A DNA stretch of 64,000 nucleotides from Candidatus Nanohaloarchaea archaeon. GTDB taxonomy: Archaea > Nanohalarchaeota > Nanosalinia > Nanosalinales > Nanosalinaceae. The notes under the pieces are model-generated. The model was not told the DNA's origin. It made no database searches and was given only the letters and a program-made list of their open reading frames with translations. The first letter of the stretch is position 1; every line of letters starts with the position of its first letter. Shown here in pieces: positions 55,092 through 64,000 of this stretch. The DNA lies in contig JBEQBQ010000002.1 in assembly GCA_041639695.1 (NCBI GenBank), positions 869-64,868 on the forward strand, in the 5' to 3' direction. A program made the position numbers and the translations under genes.

Positions 55092-56761
55092 TACTCTTCC
55101 ACCGTTACCGGAACACCCTTCTCCTTCAAGTGCTCCACTTGTCTCTTAACGAAGTCTTCCTCGTTCGAACCCTTTGTTGCGATGATGTAGACCTGGGCAT
55201 CTCCGAAAGGACGCATAACTCTTCCAGCACGCTGTGTCGCCTGTCTTCTGGAACCGCCTTGACCTGAAGCGATAATTCCGACCTCTGCATCAGGAAGGTC
55301 TAATCCCTCGTCGCCGATCCTGGAAACAATCACGGTATCGATCTCGTCGTTCCTGAACTTCTCGAAGTAATCCTCTCTATCCTCGAAGTCGGTTTCTCCC
55401 GAAATAAATGGGATGTCGAACTCTTCAGACAGTTCTTCGCCCTGCTCGATCCAGTCACAGAAGAGAATGGTCTTATCTTCTTCATGTTTCTCTAGTAGAT
55501 CTTCAATATGCTGAGTCTTTCTCGGGTTCTTCGAGGCGATAATCGCTTTCTTGAAGCCGCTTGCTTGGTTGTACTTGTTCCTGTAGAAATCAGATTCCCA
55601 TTCAACCAACTGTATTTCGACATCCGGCCTCAAAACATAGTTGTCTTGGAAGAACCGGGCCCAGTCGCCACCAATCTCTCTTCCAATCAGTGCAAAGATC
55701 TCTTTCTCCTTTGAATCTTCTCTAACCGGTGAAGCACTCAGTCCAATTCTTCTTGTTGACTGAAGGGATGCAGTCTTCCTAAACAGTTTGGAAGGGATGT
55801 GGTGGACTTCGTCGAAGATAATTAAGCCCCAGTCGTTTCTGAACAGGGAGGTTTTTTCGCCGGCCATATGGTAGGTCGCGATAGTTACATCGTTCATCTG
55901 CTTCTCATCGCCGTGGTACTCGCCGATCTGATCCTCTGTTAACGTAGTTTTGTCAAGGAGTTCGCGTTTCCACTGTCCTACCAGCGAACGCTGTGGAACT
56001 AATACGAGTGTAGGGGCATCGATCTTTGCCATCAAACCGATAGAAGTTACTGTCTTTCCCGAGCCGGCAGGGTTTGCAAGAACAGCTGCCTTCTTCTCAT
56101 AAGCTCTTTCAACGTATTCTTCTTGGTAATCTCTGAGTTCGATTCCATCGAGGTCTGCCCCGATTTTTTCGTCGACTTCTCTGAACTTTGAGTTGTCCTC
56201 AACAGGATAGCCTTTCTTAAGTAGAACTTCCTTGATTTCAGCTCTGCTTTTGGCGCCCATCGCAATCCTGGAAGCCTCATCTGTCAAGTCTACTACGAGG
56301 TTATCCCTTACATCCTCTATCGAACGCGCCCACTCCATTCTCTCCTTGTTTGATGCTTCTAAGGTGTGGTAGGTTCCTCTGTGTTCGATGGAAAAGACTT
56401 CCTGTCTTTCGTATGTTCTTTCAAGCCAGGAGAGGAAGTTAGGGTAGCTTCCAAGAAGTCTAGTATATTTCTCCTTCATCTCTTCGAGGGATAGATCGGA
56501 GTTCCAGATATCCATCTGTTTTACTTTGTACTTGTAATGATCTCCACTCGAAGTATCCATATGCGCTATCTCAGACATTTCGTTCAGAGTTCCGTCGTCA
56601 GGGTTTGATAAAATTATTTCTCTCTGAGGTTCGAAGAATACAACGTTTTCCTCTGATCCTTCTTCCGAAACAGTCTCTTCGTCTTTATCGGATCTTAGCT
56701 GTTGGATTTCGTCGATAAGTTCTTCTCGCGAAAGGTCTTCAAGCGCCTTTTCGTCGGTCAT
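55091..56761 (-). CDS. xpb: XPB/Rad25-type SF2 DNA repair helicase
   Basis: 556 aa. NPAGSGKT, FDEVHH, GLSASP, SRIGDEGLDLPDA, QRAGRVMR. Confidence 0.8.
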   Translation of the reverse strand: MTDEKALEDLSREELIDEIQQLRSDKDEETVSEEGSEENVVFFEPQREIILSNPDDGTLNEMSEIAHMDTSSGDHYKYKVKQMDIWNSDLSLEEMKEKYTRLLGSYPNFLSWLERTYERQEVFSIEHRGTYHTLEASNKERMEWARSIEDVRDNLVVDLTDEASRIAMGAKSRAEIKEVLLKKGYPVEDNSKFREVDEKIGADLDGIELRDYQEEYVERAYEKKAAVLANPAGSGKTVTSIGLMAKIDAPTLVLVPQRSLVGQWKRELLDKTTLTEDQIGEYHGDEKQMNDVTIATYHMAGEKTSLFRNDWGLIIFDEVHHIPSKLFRKTASLQSTRRIGLSASPVREDSKEKEIFALIGREIGGDWARFFQDNYVLRPDVEIQLVEWESDFYRNKYNQASGFKKAIIASKNPRKTQHIEDLLEKHEEDKTILFCDWIEQGEELSEEFDIPFISGETDFEDREDYFEKFRNDEIDTVIVSRIGDEGLDLPDAEVGIIASGQGGSRRQATQRAGRVMRPFGDAQVYIIATKGSNEEDFVKRQVEHLKEKGVPVTVEE

Positions 56762-56868
56762 GCCTCACAGTCTGTAACACAAACCTTAAATCCTTGATCT
56801 TGGGAGAATTCTTGGTTTGTTGAAAAGCTGTCCGATCCGGTTTAAATCTGGTGTAGAATTGTTTCTGT

Positions 56869-57465
56869 ATGAAGTCGGAGCTTATCCGAAAACTCTCTAG
56901 AGTAGAAGACTTCGAAGAGCCGAAAGTATCCCTCGAACAGTACTTGACTCCGCCGCAGCTAGCCGCAGATATTCTGCACACAGCTTTCATGCAGCAGGAT
57001 ATTGAGGGCAAAAAGGTTCTTGACCTTGGTGCAGGTACCGGTATGTTGGGTATTGGGGCTGCTTTGCTTGGTGCCGATGTTAATGCTGTAGACAAGGATG
57101 AAGAGGCTCTAGAAATTGCGGAGCAGAATGCTGAGGAACTTGAAATCTCGGAGTTCATAGAATTTAAACACTCGGATATCGAGGAAGTTGAAGGAACTTT
57201 CGATACTGTCGTGATGAATCCTCCTTTCTCCGTACATTCTGAAATCGGTATCGACTTTCTAAAGAAGGCTGTTGAGGTCTCTGACGCGGTTTACACTGTT
57301 TCTCATCCGGGCCGCAGAAAGGCTATAAAAGGTTTTCTCGAGAACTCAAACCATAGTTTGGAAGCGCTAGAGCAGTACAAAGTTAAACTGCCGGCGACAT
57401 ACGGCTTCCATACGGAGGAAGCCCGCGAAACCGAAATTGACGTAATCATAACGAGGCAAAAATAA
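56869..57465 (+). CDS. class I SAM-dependent methyltransferase (COG2263/METTL5-like, NPPF motif)
   Basis: 198 aa. VLDLGAGTGMLG SAM loop and VVMNPPF motif IV. Confidence 0.75.
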   Translation: MKSELIRKLSRVEDFEEPKVSLEQYLTPPQLAADILHTAFMQQDIEGKKVLDLGAGTGMLGIGAALLGADVNAVDKDEEALEIAEQNAEELEISEFIEFKHSDIEEVEGTFDTVVMNPPFSVHSEIGIDFLKKAVEVSDAVYTVSHPGRRKAIKGFLENSNHSLEALEQYKVKLPATYGFHTEEARETEIDVIITRQK

Positions 57466-57707
57466 TGGAAATTTCGACAATCGAGAAGGAAGGACGACTT
57501 ATAGTTGACATGCAGCAAAACCATACCCTAGGCAACCTTATCAGGAAAGCTGTATGGGCGCAGGACGATGAAGCGGCCTACGACAAAGGCCACCCATTAG
57601 GAGATGAATCCAATTTGATCATCGAATCTGATGAACCGGAACAGGTTCTCGAAGATGCGATCGACCAGGCAAGAGAGTGGATGGACGAAGTAGAGTCCCC
57701 CTTCTAA
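57465..57707 (+). CDS. rpoL: DNA-directed RNA polymerase subunit L (Rpo11)
   Basis: 80 aa. QNHTLGNLIRKAVW...AAYDKGHPL. Confidence 0.8.
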   Translation: MEISTIEKEGRLIVDMQQNHTLGNLIRKAVWAQDDEAAYDKGHPLGDESNLIIESDEPEQVLEDAIDQAREWMDEVESPF

Positions 57708-57714
57708 TATCTCT

Positions 57715-58260
57715 ATGAAAGAAGGCATCAGAATCCTTGGGGTAGACGATGCCGCACACAATCGTAAGGATGAACAATCATTTCTAACCGGAGTTGTTTA
57801 CAGAGGAACTGAGTTTATTGAAGCGATTGAAACCGTTCCTGTCAAGGTAGACAGTTATGAAGCAACAGAAAAATTAATTGACCTTTTCGATCAATTGGAT
57901 AATCAGATTCAGATTAAAGCGATTCTTACAGATGGAATATCCTTTGCAGGCTTCAACATTAAAGATATAGAAAAAGTTTCTAGAGAAACGGGGAAGCCGG
58001 TAATAGCTGTAACATCCAATAGGCCCAGAAAGAAAGAGTTCAGGCGGGCGATGAAAGAATCAGGTAATTACGATGATCGTTTTGAGAAGTTAGATGATTA
58101 CGAGGAGGTTGAACTTGATGATGGATTAGCTTATATCCAGTTCTCAGGTATCGATCTTCCGGAGGCCAAGGCCATCGTCAGAAAGTCTACAACTAACGGT
58201 TTGACGCCTGAAGCTGTCAGAGTAGCACACCTGATCGGTGGAGCGTTCAAAGAAGATTGA
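57715..58260 (+). CDS. DUF99/UPF0215 family protein (endonuclease V-like fold)
   Basis: 181 aa. MKEGIRILGVDDA... N-terminus characteristic of DUF99. Confidence 0.7.
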   Translation: MKEGIRILGVDDAAHNRKDEQSFLTGVVYRGTEFIEAIETVPVKVDSYEATEKLIDLFDQLDNQIQIKAILTDGISFAGFNIKDIEKVSRETGKPVIAVTSNRPRKKEFRRAMKESGNYDDRFEKLDDYEEVELDDGLAYIQFSGIDLPEAKAIVRKSTTNGLTPEAVRVAHLIGGAFKED

Positions 58261-58287
58261 AAAGGCATCCTATCCAATTTCGGTTTA

Positions 58288-59010
58288 GTGGACTCGGATA
58301 AGATAATCGGTAAGCTTTCAGCAGTAAAGAACAGCAGAGAGTTCAAGGAGTATTACTTCTTTGCGATCGCTTTAATTCTGGCTTTCGGAACCTTGCAGAC
58401 AACTGGCTCAGTTATGAACACGGATAGGCCGGTTGTCACAGTTGTCTCCTGCTCTATGTACCCTGACTACGACGTGGGAGATATCATCGGTGTGCAGGGA
58501 ACAGGTTACGAAAACATAGAAGTGGGTGACGTGATTGTGTACGAAGTGCCGAATAAGGTCGAGTTTTCTGTTGCAGGAGAAAAGCACGTTCTTAACGAGT
58601 CTAACGCTGCTGATTATACTGAGGCCGGTGCTGTCAAACTGGTACAGGTTGACGGAGACAGCAAAGCCGCGATAGTAAGTATAGATGGTCGGAATGCCAA
58701 GATGGTTGAAGGAAAGACCTTTGATTACAACGGACAGACTTTTGAGGTAAACAGCGTTTCAGGGATGGATATACCGGTTATTCACAGGGTTATACGGAAG
58801 AACTCTGACCACTTGGAGACACAGGGTGATAATACAATCGGACAGCACGAGTTCGAGAAACATATTGAACCTAATCAGATCCACGGTGAAGCAGTTTTCA
58901 AGATCCCGCGCATAGGCTTGGTGAAGATACTGGCGATCGATATTCTAGGGCTTGGGAATAATGCGCCTTTAGCGCTTGACTCAACTCCGAACTGTCAGGT
59001 CAGAAATTGA
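58288..59010 (+). CDS. signal peptidase I (archaeal Sec11/S26B type) with a large insertion
   Basis: 240 aa. TM anchor, Ser box VVSCSMYP, GDII box, His box PVIHRV, GDN box. About 70 extra residues between the GD and His boxes. Confidence 0.7.
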   Translation: MDSDKIIGKLSAVKNSREFKEYYFFAIALILAFGTLQTTGSVMNTDRPVVTVVSCSMYPDYDVGDIIGVQGTGYENIEVGDVIVYEVPNKVEFSVAGEKHVLNESNAADYTEAGAVKLVQVDGDSKAAIVSIDGRNAKMVEGKTFDYNGQTFEVNSVSGMDIPVIHRVIRKNSDHLETQGDNTIGQHEFEKHIEPNQIHGEAVFKIPRIGLVKILAIDILGLGNNAPLALDSTPNCQVRN

Positions 59011-59050
59011 CCCATACTATTTAAAGTTAAAGCCGGTAAACCCTACAGAT

Positions 59051-59398
59051 ATGGAATTTTGTGACGAATGCGGAGGAATGCTTGTATCTAAAGGTGATGA
59101 AGAAAACTCCTCTATGAAATGTAGGAACTGCGGTGAAGCCCAGTCAGTAGATGGCGAGGAAATGAAGGTCACAGAGGAAAAAGAAGAAGACCCTATGGAC
59201 CGATTGAACGTTGCTTCTGAAGAGGATCAGGAAACAACAAGGCCAACCACTATGAAAGAATGTCCTTCCTGCTCAGACAATAAGCAGGACGAGAAAGAAC
59301 ACGAATGGTGGATGGAACAGACAAGAGCTTCAGACGAACCAGCAACAAGGTTCTACGAATGTACTGAATGCGGTAACGTCCACAAAGAGTACGACTAG
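59051..59398 (+). CDS. tfs: transcription factor S / RNA polymerase subunit M-like
   Basis: MEFCDECGGML N-terminal Zn ribbon. C-terminal CPSC...TRASDEPATRFYECTECGNVH TFIIS-type ribbon. The ORF is open from 58976. Confidence 0.8.
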   Translation: MEFCDECGGMLVSKGDEENSSMKCRNCGEAQSVDGEEMKVTEEKEEDPMDRLNVASEEDQETTRPTTMKECPSCSDNKQDEKEHEWWMEQTRASDEPATRFYECTECGNVHKEYD

Positions 59399-59400
59399 AG

Positions 59401-59982
59401 CTACTCTATCTCTATCTCATCCTTTTTGTCCAGTTGCTCCGCCAAGAAATTGACTGAAGCCCTCAAGTTCTTGATCTGGCGCTGCATATCCTTCTTCTCC
59501 TCGTTAAAATCACGCTTGTTCAACTTCTTATCGAAATCGAACTCGATATTGTTCTCCTTGACTATCATCCGGTTCTCAAGATCATCGATCTGTTCCTCGA
59601 GTTTCTTGATTCTTTTATTAGCGGAACTCATGAACTTTCTAGTTCCCTTAATATCTTTGACAAGTTCCTCGATGTTTGTCTCAAGATCCGAGTTCAGGAA
59701 GTTTTCAAGCTCCTTCTGCTTCTTCTCAACACGTCTTAAACGGTCATCGAGTTTTTCTATCTCTGAATCGTTCGACTCCTCCTCGATAAGATTTCTTTTC
59801 AACTGTTGGATCTCGTGCTCCTGGTAATCAAGCTCGTCCTCAAGAAACCTGGAGTAGTTGTCGACGAAGTCCTGTAACGCAGAATCTACAGCGTTAACAT
59901 GTGATTCTATTTGATCTAGTCGCTGTTCAACAGTAGTCAGTTCTTCAACAGCTTTCTCTCCTTTCTCCCCGAACAGGTCCAT
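59401..59982 (-). CDS. coiled-coil protein
   Basis: 193 aa, heptad-rich and highly charged throughout. Confidence 0.5.
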   Translation of the reverse strand: MDLFGEKGEKAVEELTTVEQRLDQIESHVNAVDSALQDFVDNYSRFLEDELDYQEHEIQQLKRNLIEEESNDSEIEKLDDRLRRVEKKQKELENFLNSDLETNIEELVKDIKGTRKFMSSANKRIKKLEEQIDDLENRMIVKENNIEFDFDKKLNKRDFNEEKKDMQRQIKNLRASVNFLAEQLDKKDEIEIE

Positions 59983-60083
59983 GGGAAGTTTTTGGCACGG
60001 CCTGTATTTGAAACCACCTTGACCCGGTTTTCGTGTCGCATAATATAGGTATAGTTAAAACATTTAGACCGGAAAAACGGTGT

Positions 60084-60416
60084 ATGCCAGATCAACAGCA
60101 GAGAAGAGCCGCAGCGAAGCCTAAAAACATAGAGGATGTCGACTCGCAGAGAGATATCCGTGTAAGAATTACGGGAACAGTTATCGACTTAGACGAAGAG
60201 TCGGTTACTCTGGATGATGGAACGGGTTCCGTTGAAGTCTTTATGCAGGAAGATGATATTGAAGATATCGAGGATAATCAGAAAGTGCGTGTTCTAGGAA
60301 GGGTTCTTCCGACGCCTGACGGCTTCGAGGTACAGGCAGAAGTAGTGCACGATCTGGAGGATGTTGACTTTGAAAAATTCAGTAAGGTTAAAAAAATTGT
60401 TAACACTTCCGAATAA
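60084..60416 (+). CDS. OB-fold nucleic-acid-binding protein
   Basis: IRVRITGTVIDLDEESVTLDDGTGSVEVFM is typical of tRNA_anti/RPA-like OB folds. ATG 60084 lies about 25 nt downstream of an AT-rich TATA-like stretch. The ORF is open from GTG 60033. Confidence 0.6.
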   Translation: MPDQQQRRAAAKPKNIEDVDSQRDIRVRITGTVIDLDEESVTLDDGTGSVEVFMQEDDIEDIEDNQKVRVLGRVLPTPDGFEVQAEVVHDLEDVDFEKFSKVKKIVNTSE

Positions 60417-60433
60417 CAAGGTGCAGTAAAATT

Positions 60434-61189
60434 ATGTTTAAAGCAGAGCTAGAGGAAGTAGGCTTGATCCAGGACTCCATGAAAACCATCTCCGACCTGA
60501 TCAGCGAAGGACTATTCCAGCTGACAGAAGACGGATTAAAACTTGTTGCGGCAGACCCAGCGATGGTCGCGCTTGTTGACTTCAAGATAGAGAAGGACGT
60601 ATTCGAAACATACGAACTCGATGAAGAAGATAAAGTCGGACTTAACCTCGAGAACCTTTACTCAATTCTCAGAAGAGCTAACTCCGGAGATACTATTACA
60701 CTGGAGCTAGAAGAAGACGAGTCCAAGTTCCACATCAAGATGGAGAATGGAAGCACCAGAAACTTCTCACTCCCAATCCTCAACCTGTCAGAGGACGATA
60801 TTCCGGACACAGAAAGTCTTAACCAGTTTAATGTAGACGCAGATCTTGAAACCGCTGTACTTGAATCTGCTATCAAGGACGCGATGGTTGTCGGCGACTC
60901 AGTAACTGTTTCCGCGGACGATTCAAGCATCAAGATTGTCGCGGAGGGAGACCAGTCAAACGTAGACTTCACTATAACAGAGGACTCGGAAGGGGTCATG
61001 GAGATTGATGGTTCAGAAGCCAGCTCCATGTTTTCGCTAGACTACCTTTCATCCATGGTCAAGGCAAAGAAGCTTTCAGACACCGTAGAGCTAAGGCTGG
61101 GAGATGACTTCCCTATGAGGCTCAACTTCGAAGTACCTGAAAAGGCGAGACTAAGCTTCGTACTGGCTCCAAGAATCGAAGAAGAATGA
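60434..61189 (+). CDS. pcn: DNA polymerase sliding clamp (PCNA)
   Basis: 251 aa. MFKAEL...; two-domain PCNA layout with an acidic C-terminus. Confidence 0.9.
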   Translation: MFKAELEEVGLIQDSMKTISDLISEGLFQLTEDGLKLVAADPAMVALVDFKIEKDVFETYELDEEDKVGLNLENLYSILRRANSGDTITLELEEDESKFHIKMENGSTRNFSLPILNLSEDDIPDTESLNQFNVDADLETAVLESAIKDAMVVGDSVTVSADDSSIKIVAEGDQSNVDFTITEDSEGVMEIDGSEASSMFSLDYLSSMVKAKKLSDTVELRLGDDFPMRLNFEVPEKARLSFVLAPRIEEE

Positions 61190-61458
61190 CTCAGCGGATC
61201 ACATGGGCCAGCGTAGTAGAGCTTATTGTGGCTGACGACAGCGTGGACGAGCAATACTTTGGAAAGAATGATATAGAGTCCGAAGCTGTCGACTTAGAGG
61301 CTAATTCCGTTGCCAACACTCTGGAAGACCTAGAGAAAGAAGGAATCCTAGAGAAGGTAGATACGCATCCTGCTAAATATTCTCTTGAGGACAAGGATGC
61401 ATTAGGTCAAGTGCGTGAACATATTTCTCTTGGAGGTTCCTACCGTGAAAAATACTGA
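61186..61458 (+). CDS. hypothetical small acidic protein
   Basis: 90-aa ORF overlapping the pcn stop by 4 nt. Confidence 0.45.
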   Translation: MTQRITWASVVELIVADDSVDEQYFGKNDIESEAVDLEANSVANTLEDLEKEGILEKVDTHPAKYSLEDKDALGQVREHISLGGSYREKY

Positions 61459-61831
61459 CTTTGACCATCTATCTGAAAAGGAGAGGGAAGTCCTTAGAAA
61501 TCGGGGGACGGAGCCGGCAGGAACCGGCAAATACCTTGGAAAGGACGGTGAAGGTGTTTACCGGTGTAAAGCCTGTGGGAACAAAATCTTTTCCAGTGAC
61601 ACAAAGTTTGACTCGGGTTCTGGCTGGCCTTCTTTCTATGATGCGGTCGAGGATTCGGTTGAATTCCGGCAGGATGAACGACATGGGATGGACAGAACCG
61701 AGGTAGTCTGCGCGGAATGCGATTCTCACCTGGGTCATGTGTTTGAGGATGGTCCGGAACCTACAGGAAAACGTTACTGTATAAACTCTGTGGCGTTGGA
61801 CTTCGAAGAAAACAAAAGTAAGAATGATTAA
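61415..61831 (+). CDS. msrB: peptide-methionine (R)-S-oxide reductase MsrB
   Basis: RGTEPAGTGKY, CKACGNKIFSS, GWPSF, CAECDSHLGHVFEDGP, RYCINS. In-frame GTG 61445 is a likelier start. Confidence 0.85.
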   Translation: MNIFLLEVPTVKNTDFDHLSEKEREVLRNRGTEPAGTGKYLGKDGEGVYRCKACGNKIFSSDTKFDSGSGWPSFYDAVEDSVEFRQDERHGMDRTEVVCAECDSHLGHVFEDGPEPTGKRYCINSVALDFEENKSKND

Positions 61832-61834
61832 TAA

Positions 61835-62263
61835 TTGCCTATGACGGAATACGCTGTTCCGGCGACAGGCGCTCTAATTCTGAACGATAAAGACGAAATC
61901 TTCCTGATGAAATCTCCTAAATGGGAGAATCAGTGGCTTGTACCTGGCGGAAAAGTCGAGAAAGGCGATTCAATAAAGGAAACCGTAAAGAAGGAAGTGA
62001 AGGAAGAAACTAATCTCGAACTGAAGAAAGTGAAGTTCTTAGAGGCTGTCGATGGAGGAAATCCTGATGATTTTGAAAGAGATACGCATTTCATCTTTCT
62101 CAACTACATATGCAGGGCCACATCAACTGAGGTTGAACTTGATCAGAGGGAAGCTGTGGAGTATGTCTGGATAGAACCGGAAAAGGCCTTAGAGAAGCTC
62201 GACCTGAATGATGGAACAGAGGATTTTATAGAGACATTTCTTGAAGTGAACCCAGACTTTTAG
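61835..62263 (+). CDS. NUDIX hydrolase
   Basis: 142 aa. Nudix box GGKVEKGDSIKETVKKEVKEETNL. Confidence 0.85.
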   Translation: MPMTEYAVPATGALILNDKDEIFLMKSPKWENQWLVPGGKVEKGDSIKETVKKEVKEETNLELKKVKFLEAVDGGNPDDFERDTHFIFLNYICRATSTEVELDQREAVEYVWIEPEKALEKLDLNDGTEDFIETFLEVNPDF

Positions 62264-62286
62264 CTTTTCCTTTCCCACAATTCCGT

Positions 62287-63669
62287 ATGGGGGATGAGGG
62301 GGAAAAGCCGCAGGACTGGAAAATAAGACAGTACTACGAGCAGGAAGAGCTTATCGAACATATTGTCGAACTGGCGGAATATAGAGAGGTCGCGCCAACT
62401 TACCCGCACGGCTACGGCAAAAGACCTGACGCAGTCAATTTTCCGGGCGACTTCGAACATTTTGTGGACCAGGGGGCTGTTGCATTCCATTTTTCGGTAG
62501 AGAAATGGCGGAACCCACTTCTAATTGACAAAGTCGACGACCAAGACAACCTTAGAAATGGCTGGGATCTGGTAATAGATATCGACTGCGATCACTCTTT
62601 TGAATTAGCTAAAGATACCGCAGAACTGGTTGTTGAGGAACTAAAACAGCATGGTATAGAAAATATCGGTGTTAAGTTCTCAGGTAACCGCGGTTTCCAT
62701 ATAGGAGTCAGAGGAGAGTCATTCCCAAGAAAGCTGGATGAGAAGGATATATCCGAGCTTTATCCACGGCTTCCACGGGGTATGGTGAACTACATAAGAA
62801 ACAATCTTCAGGATGAGCTCAAAACCAAGGTTAGGGAGCACGGATATGCCGAGGAAATGACTACGGAGGACGGAGATCAAAACCCTTTCCTCGTAGCTGA
62901 TATTGAGAATGACTGGGGTTCCCGACACCTTTTCAGGATGCCTTACTCTTTACATGACGGCTCCTGGCTTGTCTCCCTTCCTATAGAGCCTGATAAAATC
63001 CAGGAGTTCGAGAAACAGGATGCAGAGATGGAAAACGTCGAGTTCGACACCGAGTTCCTCGGAGAATACGAGGAAGGTGAGGCCACAAATCTTGCAGTAC
63101 AGGCTATGGATTTCCTGGCTGAAAGAGAGAGCGAACGTGAAAAGGAAAAGAGGGAAAGAAAGGAGAGAGACTTTGACAGGCCTGATGAGGCTATACCTGA
63201 AGAATACTTTCCGCCGACGATCGAAAATGTTCTCGAAGGTTTGAAGGATGGTAGGAAGAGAGGACTATTTATCTTGATCAACTTTTTCCACTGCCTGGGT
63301 TATTCGTGGGAGCAGATAGAGACAAAGATCTGGAACTGGAACGATGAGAATCATGAGCCCTTGAGGGACAGTTATGTGAAGACTCAGTTGAGGTGGCACC
63401 GGCAGAGAAATGAGGAAGTTCCGCCGCCGAACTACGACTCGAACGGGTACTACAAAGATATGCAGGTCTACGAGGGGGATAACCTTGAGCAAAAGGTTTC
63501 AAACCCTGTAAGTTATGCTTTCCGAAAGTATAACGGCGGAGAAGCCGAGGAAACTGATGAAGAAGATGAGAAATTTGAGTGTCCTTACTGCGGTAAAGAG
63601 TACAAGCAGGAGGGCTACTTCAAGAAACATGTTCAGAAGTGTCAGGGCGAGGAAGTGAAGAAGCTCTAA
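62287..63669 (+). CDS. priS: DNA primase: AEP catalytic (PriS) domain fused to a PriL-CTD-like helical domain and a C-terminal zinc finger
   Basis: 460 aa. LVIDIDCDH and FSGNRGFHIG catalytic motifs. C-terminal half has FPPTIENVLEGLKDGRKRGLFILINFFHCLGYS (PriL FPPC-type motif). Ends with CPYCGKEYKQEGYFKKHVQKC. Confidence 0.8.
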   Translation: MGDEGEKPQDWKIRQYYEQEELIEHIVELAEYREVAPTYPHGYGKRPDAVNFPGDFEHFVDQGAVAFHFSVEKWRNPLLIDKVDDQDNLRNGWDLVIDIDCDHSFELAKDTAELVVEELKQHGIENIGVKFSGNRGFHIGVRGESFPRKLDEKDISELYPRLPRGMVNYIRNNLQDELKTKVREHGYAEEMTTEDGDQNPFLVADIENDWGSRHLFRMPYSLHDGSWLVSLPIEPDKIQEFEKQDAEMENVEFDTEFLGEYEEGEATNLAVQAMDFLAERESEREKEKRERKERDFDRPDEAIPEEYFPPTIENVLEGLKDGRKRGLFILINFFHCLGYSWEQIETKIWNWNDENHEPLRDSYVKTQLRWHRQRNEEVPPPNYDSNGYYKDMQVYEGDNLEQKVSNPVSYAFRKYNGGEAEETDEEDEKFECPYCGKEYKQEGYFKKHVQKCQGEEVKKL

Positions 63670-63709
63670 AAGAACAATAAAAAGTTTTGAGCTAGAAGTT
63701 TCTAATAGG

Positions 63710-64000
63710 ATGTCGGAGGACGCATTAACATTTAGTGAGTTACGGAAGATAGAGAAAAAAGAAAAACGACAGGAGGAACTCTCCGAACTAGATGATAGCT
63801 TCTTTCTGAAGGTTTCACAGTACCTTGATTTGAAGGATGGAGCAGATCAACGCGAATACAGGAATGCGAAGAGAGTATTCGATAAAATAGTCGGTCTTCG
63901 ACAGGAAAAGATAGTGAAAAATGCTAGGATATCCGTAAAAACAGGAGTAAAAGCTTCTGAACTCAACCTTCTTCCGCGCGAACAATCCCTTTTCCTGGAC
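63710..64000 (+). CDS. GINS subunit (Gins51/Sld5-like), 3' end beyond the window
   Basis: Manual translation MSEDALTFSELRKIEKKEKRQEELSELDDSFFLKVSQYL...REYRNAKRVFDKIVGLRQEKIV..., typical GINS A-domain pattern. Primase-GINS adjacency is common in archaea. Confidence 0.65.
   Translation, partial: MSEDALTFSELRKIEKKEKRQEELSELDDSFFLKVSQYLDLKDGADQREYRNAKRVFDKIVGLRQEKIVKNARISVKTGVKASELNLLPREQSLFLD

Noticed and set aside
56739-57158. 139-aa minus-strand ORF overlapping the XPB start and the methyltransferase 5' half
   Set aside because: Antisense to a methyltransferase with clear SAM-binding motifs. S/A-rich shadow ORF.
1-64000. CRISPR arrays, IS elements or transposases, rRNA genes, toxin-antitoxin pairs
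   Set aside because: No regularly spaced direct repeats. No DDE, serine or tyrosine recombinase motifs. No rRNA-like sequence seen on either strand.

Overview
Archaeal chromosome segment. Markers are RFC small and large subunits, PCNA, an AEP primase with a PriL-like C-terminal half, GINS, thermosome, GatD/GatE, TFS, RpoL, and a tRNA with a bulge-helix-bulge-type intron. Predicted proteins are uniformly very acidic and genes are short, tightly packed and often overlapping. I read this as a salt-in halophile with a reduced genome, nanohaloarchaeal/DPANN-like; that assignment is inference only. I support about 80 coding regions and 2 tRNAs. I see no rRNA, CRISPR array, transposase or integrase.

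Housekeeping blocks lie at 1-12.3 kb, 23-24.7 kb, 27.4-31.4 kb, 43-44.9 kb and 46-64 kb. Cell-surface loci interrupt them:
1. A type IV pilus (Epd/Tad-like) assembly locus at 12.4-21.8 kb, with one ATPase, a platform split into two genes, and eight prepilin-like proteins.
2. A second prepilin-like operon at 31.5-35.4 kb without its own motor.
3. A tandemly duplicated divergent two-gene module of Cys-rich secreted proteins at 34.5-37.3 kb.
4. A seven-member family of secreted fibre-like proteins. This is the most unusual item.

In the seven-member family, a long charged coiled-coil segment precedes a twin-arginine signal. The signal is followed by tail-fibre-type motifs and variable heads (phage tail-collar-like, C1q-like). 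The family is concentrated at 37-46 kb around the only tatA-tatC operon in the window. Four of the seven members and one partner gene carry reading-frame lesions: a single-G loss, a 4-nt tandem repeat insertion, a G5 tract, a missing start codon and an in-frame TAG. None of the roughly 70 other genes in the window shows such a lesion. I propose this island as a candidate host- or surface-recognition system that is variable or decaying. Novelty cannot be established without database searches.
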